Below, one piece after another: positions 24,688 through 33,270 of a stretch of 33,270 nt of DNA. The notes under the pieces are model-generated. The model ran no database searches, was not told where the DNA came from, and was given only the letters and a program-made list of their open reading frames with translations. Made by a program: the position numbers and the translations under genes. This DNA is from Perkinsus olseni (lineage: Eukaryota): assembly GCA_013115125.1 (NCBI GenBank), contig JABANN010000054.1, positions 62,001 to 95,270 of the forward strand, in the 5' to 3' direction. Numbering within the stretch: the stretch's first letter is position 1; every line of letters starts with the position of its first letter.

Positions 24688-26886
24688 ATGTCTTTATCGT
24701 CGGCCAAGCTACATCGGATACAAGAGCTATGCCTCAATGGCAGTTACAGGCGTGCAGTAGAGATTGCTGTACCACCCAAGGGTCCAGTGCGAGGGGCACT
24801 GGTCCATGCTATGCTAACTGGCCTAGCTCACAGCCTTGGACCAGGGTCATGGACGGTAACACGTGGGAGTAGAGCTGGCCGCATTCACTACTGCCTTCAG
24901 GAGGATGAAAGGTTTCAGTCAGCGTTGAAGAGAGCTTTTGTAGATAACGGAGGCAGAGGCTTTTCACAGCTAGAGTTGTCAGAAAGCAAGGAGGCTCTAA
25001 AGCAGCTAGGAGTAGGTAATGGAGCGTGAAACCTCTCATCCATGCACATCCTATTCATATAGGTAGGCATGGCAGTACCTACTACTGCAGTATCGTGGAG
25101 GAGGCCTTCAACCCCTACTCGGATGGCTGCACATGAGATCACCACTCTCATCAATCGGTCTGGTGCGGAAGGCTTCACAGTGGATCGGGCCAATCTGGTG
25201 AGGCTAGTAGCCAACGCCTTAGATGGTCCGAAGGGATCTTCGAGAGATGTTGCCACATTAGTGTGGGGGTGTGGTAAGCTAGGAGTGGACCTGAGGGAGG
25301 AGCTAACTCCACTAGTTGGTCGAATGGCACAGCTGTCGTCTAAGGACGCTGCTATGGTGCTCTGGGGCTGGGCTAAAATGGCATCTTCAGCATCAACACT
25401 GCAAGATACAGGAGAGGTTGATGAGCCCTCATCACATGACTCAGGGATATCCCGAATCATTGAGCAGCTACCTAGAATCCATAGGTCCTTCACTGGTGTG
25501 GAGCTAGCCAATGTCATCTGGGCCTTGGCAAGGCTCCGCCTCTTCACTCCTACGTTTACCGCTCTACTCGTCCAGGCTGTAGAGCCTCCTCCGTCCGGTG
25601 ATTCTACTGTCGCCATATCACCAACTGGCATGAGTAGTATAATATGGGCTGCTGGATTAGCAAGGGTGAGCACTGGTGGAGAGGCTCCTCCCCTAGAGGT
25701 TACGAAAGGCCTCTATCATATGACTATATCTACGCTACATTCAATGGACCCACCATGCGTAGTCAGTGCCATATGGGGCCTGGGGTCCTTGGGTATGCTA
25801 CACACTAGTGGAGCTCTACCCTATCAAGTAGTCATGGCTATCGAGGACAGTGCTACTGCATTTGATATGGATAACTTGAAGTCAGTACTGCAGTTCACCT
25901 GGATGGACCCATCCGTTACAGCATGTCTAGGCCCTGAGGTAGTGCAACGTCTAACCAGTAGGACCCCTCCTACATGGACCCGTAGTATACCCCAGGTTTG
26001 CCTCTACCTCAGTCGAGGGGCTTTACAGTCCACGTTAGAGGTAGCCCAGGCTATGCAGTCTTATCTTGATAGGCACCTTATCGGCATAGCACCATCATCG
26101 GTTGATGCTGCGAGACTGGTGGCGGCCTTCTCCAACCTCTCCTTCCTACCGGCAGCTAGTACTGCTATGGCCAAACTGAGGGCCTTAGCCTTGGAGGGGG
26201 CCTCTAGCTTCTACCCAAACACCTACTGTATGTATGCAATAGCCCTAGCACAGCTCAATCAGGCAGGGGATCGGCTGCCTGCCTGTGAAGAGTACCTCAC
26301 CATCGATCAGGCCTGCAGCTTGGTATGGGCGGGGGTTGTGGTACTCATCCAGGGTATGGAGGCCATCATTTCAAGGGTCGTCGCTGCAACGGCCGAAGAG
26401 GAGGAGCGCCCATCGTTACCGTTCGCTAGACAAGCCATAGCGGGACTATGGGCCCGAGGTATGGCAGACGAGGCCCGGAGGCTGGTATCAATGTATCCCG
26501 CTGGGACCCTGTCTGAGAATCGAGGCTCGAGTTCCCTACATGCTGACATCAGTCAGACACTACGGTCGGTGGGTTATGTCAGTGTCAGAGATGAAGTAGA
26601 GGTGTGTGGGGTATACAGGGCTGATGTTGTTATAGAGGATCTCAGTATTGTAATAGAGTGTGATGGTGATGTGCACTACCTCCACTCTGCCGCCGCCGCC
26701 GCCGGCAACAGTCATGTCCTCATTGGTTCTAGCGTAATAAAGGACAAGGCTTTGGCCCAGGCAGGATGGAAGGTCCTGAGGGTATCCGTTACAGAATGGA
26801 AGAACTGTAAGGATGCTTCTGCCAAGCAGGCGATGCTGCGAAGATTGCTAGATCGCAGCAGTAGTTCACGACGGTGGTGTAATTAG
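24688..26886 (+). CDS. RAP-domain protein with OPR/HPR-like helical repeats (FASTK-like organellar RNA-binding); probably a single intron near 25013-25062
   Basis: Repeats VATLVWGCGKLG, AAMVLWGWAKM, LANVIWALARL, MSSIIWAAGLA and VVSAIWGLGSL. C-terminal RAP domain LHADISQTL...YRADVVI...VIECDGDVHY...IKDKALAQAGWKVLRVSVTEW. Confidence 0.85.
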
Positions 26887-26962
26887 AGTTTCTGAGTAAC
26901 TCGGAGTTGGGTTCATGCAGCCAGTGGTATTATCCTCCTTATCAGCGTTTGTTTGATAGAGG

Positions 26963-29260
26963 ATGAACGAAGTAGAGGCGTTGTTATTAGAGGTCGGTAA
27001 GGAGATGGGCAGGACACCCGAACAGATGAAGCCTATCGTTGATAAGTACCCTTGGGCGTGGCGACAGCGTACTACTCGGTAGCGTCATACTCTACTCAGG
27101 GTGGTTAATGAAGCGTGGTTTGATACGATAGACTCTCTCCGGGCACTAGGCCCAGAGGAATGGACGGACCTCAAGTTGCCTAAGAGGCTGGAGATGGCAC
27201 TCCAGGCTAGGATCTTCTCCACTACCACCACTACTACCATCAACACCAGCAGGACCGTCCAGCCTGCTGCTGCCACTCCACAGAGCGGCTCATCGCGGCA
27301 GAGGCCATCGACACCTGCATCGACAGGTGGTGCCACTCAGCCTGACTTCACTGAGGTCCAAATGATGCCGCCGGCCACTTTCCTGCAGAGTGCTGATAAC
27401 CTGTTCGATATGGCAAGGAAGGTGATGGCAGGGCTGTGGGTAGTGTTAGACAAGACTTCTTGTTTCAGATCAATACAGCCTCCTCCGCGGAGGGCGACGA
27501 GGCGGGCTCAGCAGATACTCTACCTTTACTCCTGCAGATAGTGGATAATATACTAGCCCAACCGTCCAACCCCAAGAGGCGACGGATACGTCTCAGCAAT
27601 CAAAAGTTCAGCACAGCTGTCGGTCGATGTAGAGATGCTATGGAGTTCCTCAAAAGTGTATTACTCCCAACACCTGCTCGTGATGATCGTTGGAGCCCCC
27701 TCGTCTCAGCTCGGCTTCCACCTCTATCCTTCGCAAGACCCCCAGTATGTAGCCTGTGCAGTAGTATACATATCAAGATTCACCGATGCTCACTACGCCC
27801 TTGGGGGCACTAAGGCCTCTTTACCCAACACACCAGGTAGCATGCTACCCAGTGATGGTCGGTATCATTACCGTGATGTTGTAGGCGTGTTCAACCCTTT
27901 CGTATCCTCGATCGGAGCAGCAGGCCAGGTCGCTAGCGCCCCCAGGCTCACTGAGAAGGTATTTCTCCACGCCTTGCCTTCTCCTAATACTCCGACTCAG
28001 GGGCTCGCCGAGAAGGAGGCCTTCGCGAAGGAGCTGGAGCAGCAGAAGCTACTTCTTAAGACTGGTGGGACCAAGCCTGGGACTATGGATCTCAACCCCA
28101 AGGTAGTTGAGTCAGCCCATACCACTCCTTCCGATACCAGTACAGGTATTCCGACAAGGCTCGGCCAGTGCTGGCATGCCGAGGATTGAGGATGTTGTGA
28201 AGGAGCTTAATGGTCGTAGCGAGCTTCTCGATCAGGATGATGACTTCGAGCTTGTAGGGAAGGTGTGGTATGGTGTTACACTGAAGACTGTCTTGTCAGA
28301 TTAAAGCTCAACTGAGTAGCATCAAGGACTCCCTCACCAGCGCTGACAGAGCCTTCCAGAGCCGAGAGAAGAAGGAGATGGATAAATTAAAGTCTAGGAC
28401 CATCCATACGGCGGTAAGGCGGCATGCCGAGAGGCATCCAGAATTATACATTGCATCATAATATGCAGTGTGTCATCCGCGTGGCCTTCCCTGATCGACT
28501 TGTGCTGCAACTACAATTCCGGCCTGCGGACACTCTTGCGTCTCTGCATGATGCAGTGGGGAAGTTCCTCAGCCCAGAGTACAAGGAGACGGAATGGTAC
28601 GAGGCTTCGGTGGATACCTCCATGGGACCTTACTCTTTGTTCTGTAGGTACCTGTACCAGACTCCTCCTATGCATAAGATAGATCGTAGCAGCAAGAGGA
28701 TGCTGGCGGATGAGGACCTAGTCCCTAGTGCTCTTATTAGATGGGGCTTTGAAGGTAGTTTCATCAACCCTCTACAACCCTTACCGTTGTCGTGTAGAAT
28801 GTGAAGCATTCATCGCTGTATCCTCGCATTACATCGGCACATATGTTCCATAGTAGCACTACAAGCCTTCGTCAGGTTTATCAAACGGCGGCGTCTCTGT
28901 GACAGAGCAAGGGCCCTTTCTGGATGACAAGATGGTAGCAGCATGGTTGGAGCCACGAAGTTCTCTCTATGACGGTCCAATCCGGCGCTTTCTAATAGGT
29001 GCCCCCACCGGAGCCAGAGGCCCCTGTAGCAGCAGATGGAGGGATGAATGACGAGGACAGGAAACGGTATAGGAAGGAGAGGACCAAGGGGATCCTGTCG
29101 AAGTTCAAGAGCAGCAAGGTGGGGTACATGGTGAATCCTCTGCTGGATGGATAGTGCTCAGAAACAGCAGCAACAGCAGCCTTCATCATCATCTACTGCG
29201 CCACCACCACCGCCGGCTGAGCCCCACAAACAAGACGAGGATGTTGATATGTTAGAGTAA
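26963..29260 (+). CDS. PUB- and UBX-domain p97/Cdc48 cofactor (UBXN6/UBXD1-like), multi-exon
   Basis: PUB: LLLQIVDNILAQPSNPKRRRIRLSNQKF...AMEFLKS-LGF. UBX: CVIRVAFPDRLVLQLQFRPADTLASLHDAV...YLYQTPP...LADEDLVPSALI. The last exon is uncertain (alternative stop at 29154). Confidence 0.85.
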
Positions 29261-29279
29261 TAAAGAAGACTACATTTAC

Positions 29280-29280
<1 letters not shown>

Positions 29281-29316
<36 letters not shown>
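29281..29316 (+). repeat. (ATG)12 microsatellite
   Basis: Perfect trinucleotide run just downstream of the UBX gene. Confidence 0.95.
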
Positions 29317-29317
<1 letters not shown>

Positions 29318-29432
29318 CTATACACCCCATCTGTGTGATACTTGAGTTTCATTCTACTCCTGTGCTCACGCAGTGTTAGTAGGAAGTAACAACCGCTGGT
29401 CATACACGAGGGGGTGCCTGACGACGACGACG

Positions 29433-31018
29433 ATGAGTGACCACCGTTCTTCGCAGACTTCCGGTATGTCCCCTCCACAGTCCTCGGACGGCATCTCAGT
29501 TTGTGTGGTGGGTGCCACTGGGGCTGTTGGCAAATGCATGATACAATGCCTTGCTGATCTAGACATACCTGTTAAAAGGCTAGGCCTGTATGCATCAAGT
29601 AGCCTCGCAGCGCCTAGCCATCGCCTACCGTTTCCCTTGTAGAGAGGAGTGCTGGCACTACCGTCCCTACTGCATGGGGAGACCTCAAGGTCCAGGAGTT
29701 CTCGCCACCAAGCGTGATAAAGGAGGGCTATACAGTAGCTCTTCTTGCGGTCAGTGGCGCCTTCGCACAAGAGGTAGCGGACCAGCGTCGTTGGCGTAGC
29801 GATGCCCTCCTCCGCAGGTCGCACCTCAACTTGCAGAAGCCGGCGTGGTGGTTGTCGACAACAGCAGTGCCTTCCGATACGATGATGCCGTCCCTCTAGT
29901 TATACCCGAGATCAATCCACAGGCCATGCTCAGCGACAGTGAGGGCACCATCACCAGTGCCTCTGCTGTGGATGGTGGTAGGTATGCTCATCGCTAACCC
30001 CAACTGCACCACAGCGATAGCGGCGATGGTATTATGGCCGTTGCATAAGGCATTCTGCATTAGACGGATGATAATGTCCACGTGGGTACTCCAGGAAATT
30101 GGGCTGGTGTCTATAGATCACTATAAGGCCTTCCATTAGCCGAGCAGAGGGCAGCAGCGTGTAGGTACCAAGCGGCTTCAGGCGCGGGTGATGCCGGGTT
30201 GGAGGAGCTGGAGGCCCAGCTGCGTGATTATGGGAATAAACCGATACAAGTAGGGAGCTGATTGAGTATGCTCTTCAACTGTCCTCCTCCTGCTGTTGCC
30301 AGAGGGCAGCCTTCCCTCATCAGCTACTCGGGAATGTCATCCCAAGGATAGACTCAGTTCAGTCTAATGGGTACGCGCCATGTTCCCTGGTTGATGAGAT
30401 ACTCTGCTGGTAGGTATACTAAAGAGGAGATGAAGGTTGCCTGGGAGACAAGGAAAATATTCAACCAGCCGGACATCCTCATCAGCTGTACTGCTGTAAG
30501 CATCCACCTCCCAAGCCCTTCCCGTCGACAGGGGTGTCCTAGGTACGAGTAGCCACCATGAGGGCCCATGCCGAGGCCATCACACTTGAGTTTGATAGAG
30601 TGGTGGATGTCGATACGGTACGGTGTGTCTCGTACTGCATCCACGGCGGAGTGCCTCACCACAGTCAGGTTAGTGAGGTCCTCAAGGCAGCAGCGATGGT
30701 AGTGGTTGAAGATGATCCACAGAATGACGTGTGAGTGTGCTCCGAGCCTCCCGGCCCCTCCTATATCTCGGTAGGTACCCGACGCCTCTCAGCTGCACTG
30801 GCAAGTGGGAAGTATCGGTCGGACGTATCAGAGAGTCCCTCGCCTTCCCTCCAGGGAAGGGTATCGACTTGTTCGTGTGTGGAGATCAGCTGCTGCGGGG
30901 CGCAGCATTGAACGCTGTATGGTGGAATGTCTCGTCAGCTCCTGCCGCCGCCTAGGGTGCGGTTGGTTGGTAGGTGCTTATTATCAAGGAGTTGGGTCGA
31001 CAGCGGGGCTGGTTTTGA
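29433..31018 (+). CDS. asd: Aspartate-semialdehyde dehydrogenase, multi-exon
   Basis: [36 protein letters not shown] (catalytic Cys), [55 protein letters not shown]. Confidence 0.95.
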
Positions 31019-31199
31019 GATCATCATCAGTCGACAATGTTTCCCACTCAAACCTTTGTTAGCCAGAGAGGATATCATTTTTGTTTGTAGATGTTACGAA
31101 TCAGGGCGTGTTGTGTTTGTCCAACAACCCTATGATTGTGGTTCACGAGGTTCGATGGTTGATTGTGTGGGGTTACGGTGAGATACGGACTGATTGTCC

Positions 31200-31425
31200 A
31201 TCCGTGTACTCTTTCAAGCCGCTCGATCGTACGATCCTCCCCAATGACGGGCTGGTAGTCCCAAGATGTGGTAGAATGGACTTTCAGTTACGACTGAGGT
31301 GATCACTGCTATGGGTGAAGCCACGCTTTTCACCTGATATATCCCGCAACACTTGTCCGAACTGTGGAGGTATTGGTGACACTGATGAGTGTGCAGCAGA
31401 CCCGGTCAATTGTCACGCTGAGAGG
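31200..31425 (+). mobile_element. Degenerate Gag/ORF1 zinc-knuckle remnant (non-LTR retrotransposon-like)
   Basis: C-Y-G-*-S-H-A-F-H (31307-31333), then after a frameshift C-P-N-C-G-G-I-G-D-T-D-E-C...N-C (31354-31412): decayed tandem CX2CX4HX4C knuckles. Confidence 0.35.
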
Positions 31426-31739
31426 CCGAGAGGAAGATGATTTGAAATTGGACGAAAATCTCAGCTATGCCGGTTGATGGGAATAAGTGTGCGGTGACAG
31501 CGAGATCTCGGCGTATACGCTGGAATAACCAGACAGGTCCATTTTGAGCGCAGGCTTACTTCGCTCGTCCCAATCACACCATCGTCGATGCCGAGACGCT
31601 GCATTGACTACGTCTCCTCTGTGAACGTATTGCCGTCTCTATTCGGTGAGCGCGGTGCCTGGACTCAGATCTAACTCATAGCCTTATTGTTTTTAGCTGT
31701 TGTAAGCTGTGTGATACTGTAAACAACAATCCTCTTGTT

Positions 31740-32657
31740 ATGATGCCCATCATCAATTCCATCATAGCCCCCCTCCTCCTCCTCCTCCCCACTCCTGGTT
31801 CGGGTACTCTGCACCCACACACCTCCAACCCGTTATGCGATAGGCTGGGCTTCTACCGCATTAGAGAAACCGATAAGTGTAAGATACGTAACCTGGCGGA
31901 CCTCTCGATGGTTATCGATCGCCCGAAGAAAGAGAGAACGGCTCCACGGGTCGCCTTGGACTTTGTCCATACCAACGGCAGCAAGTACCATGTAGGGCCC
32001 ATGAATCCTACTGCTTCAACTAGGAGGGGTCAACAGGTGCCGAGGAACCTCGATGATGATCTCCGAGGTATGTGTTGGGGACTCAGACAGTCGGACTTTC
32101 AGTCACCGCGGGAGAGTGTTTACAGCCAAATGAAAAGAATATCGGATGTTTTCCAGTCGGACCTATCTCGGTGCAGAGTGGGCAACACTATCATACGTCC
32201 AGCTGAAGATGGTTCGATCAATCTCGGCTTTTTCACAACAATTGGACGACCAAAAGTTTATGATAACACCGACTACCTCTTCGTTACTATGGAGCCTTCA
32301 CAAGTGGGAAGTTCGAGTAGCAGTGCTACTCGCTACTGTAGCACGAATAGCGAACGTCACAATAGACCTGACAGGGAAGGTCCGCTTCCGTCCGTTGGTG
32401 CTGTTGGGGAAGAGGTTGGTACTTCTCCCGTGGCCGAGAGGACAAGAGTTGATCCGCAACCATCAACCATCGGCAAGAGGGGAGTGGATGCGGAGGCAGT
32501 GATGGAGGTGCCTCCGAAGGCAGCTCGTGTGGGGTGGTGGCAGCGAGAGTCGTGGGATAGGTCAGCCGCCCCACAGGCAGTCCCCACGGAAGGCAGCCGC
32601 GCTGGCGGGTATCCTAGCAAGTACGGGAAGATCTACCACGTGGAGCCTAGGGTCTAG
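31740..32657 (+). CDS. Putative secreted protein, intronless, lineage-specific
   Basis: 305-aa ORF with signal-like MMPIINSIIAPLLLLLPTPGSG, a Cys-containing globular N-terminal half and a low-complexity C-terminal half. No recognisable family. Confidence 0.65.
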   Translation: MMPIINSIIAPLLLLLPTPGSGTLHPHTSNPLCDRLGFYRIRETDKCKIRNLADLSMVIDRPKKERTAPRVALDFVHTNGSKYHVGPMNPTASTRRGQQVPRNLDDDLRGMCWGLRQSDFQSPRESVYSQMKRISDVFQSDLSRCRVGNTIIRPAEDGSINLGFFTTIGRPKVYDNTDYLFVTMEPSQVGSSSSSATRYCSTNSERHNRPDREGPLPSVGAVGEEVGTSPVAERTRVDPQPSTIGKRGVDAEAVMEVPPKAARVGWWQRESWDRSAAPQAVPTEGSRAGGYPSKYGKIYHVEPRV

Positions 32658-32755
32658 TCAAGATGGACTCACGTGATGACTCAGTAACGGCTGATAATGA
32701 TGCGCATGATGTTTACTATGATGATGTTGATGTTCTTAATGTTGCCTTGTGCTGC

Positions 32756-33270
32756 TCAACAGTCTCTTCTAAGCCATCCCAGCCCGAGAAACTCCGGAAA
32801 GAACTGCAATGGATTTCCCGATTGTGCACGGCCCCAATACTGTAAGATAGCTCGCGCACCTACACCATGCATGCTGGGCGAAGGGAAGATATTCTGAATA
32901 CCTCCCCGAAAAAATCCCCAGTCCACGTGTATGTCGATGGACCTAATACCATCCCATTCAGTGGTCACTCCGCCCGAGGCCGAAAGTCCTCGATGCGTCC
33001 ATTAAAATTCGATGCAAGCGTGAGTCGTGTCTCGTTCACCATTGCTATGGCTTCTCGGAACCTCATCCAGACGATCTTGTGAACTCCAACTCAACCGCAT
33101 CATTCTCAGATCGGCACACAGAATTACATTCATCATCCCCCGCTTCAGGAAACATCGTCTAGTCCTGCAGACGGCAAGCCATGCCACAATACAAATGTAT
33201 GTCGTACGTGCGGGGGACTTGATCGATAGGCCAAAATAACTATAGCTTCTTGTCGGACGGAACTGCTGAA
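32756..33270 (-). CDS. 3' part of a hypothetical multi-exon gene running off the right edge
   Basis: Phase-consistent GT-AG splicing gives IVWMRFREAIAMVNETRLTLASNFNGRIEDFRPRAE-SIDIHVDWGFFRGG-ARAILQYWGRAQSGNPLQFFPEFLGLGWLRRDC*. Confidence 0.4.

Noticed and set aside
24915..25673. Long antisense ORFs (252 aa here; also 18553-19011, 22748-23248 and 3313-3795)
   Set aside because: They are shadows of real opposite-strand genes and have no motifs of their own.
29158..29478. Poly-His ORF on the minus strand
   Set aside because: An artefact of the (ATG)12 microsatellite and antisense overlap with the UBX and asd genes.

Overview
Eukaryotic, gene-dense DNA with many short (~40-60 nt) GT-AG introns, so the ORF track fragments most genes; I spliced them by eye and the boundaries are approximate. 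Intron style, gene content and compactness most resemble an alveolate of the Perkinsus type (inference, not confirmed). In order, the minus strand carries an SR-rich protein (partial), an EH-domain Eps15/Ede1-like protein, a helical/HEAT-like hypothetical, a PH-less AGC kinase (S6K/PKB-like), a REV7-like HORMA protein and an integrase-like ORF. These are followed by a GUP1/HHAT-like MBOAT (+), an intronless SDR (-), an alpha/beta hydrolase ending in the PTS1 signal AKL (-), an intronless divergent RRM protein (+) and a DNAJB12-like protein (-). A plus-strand run follows: a membrane protein, a RAP-domain protein, a PUB+UBX protein, aspartate-semialdehyde dehydrogenase and a secreted protein, then the 3' end of an unknown minus-strand gene. 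The two long intergenic gaps (about 6.9-8.1 kb and 16.3-18.5 kb) each hold a pair of dense palindromic-motif clusters, the least explained structure here. There are also a tRNA-like Pol III A/B-box element, retroelement remnants and two oversized introns. I found no clearly novel multi-gene system; the findings are leads.
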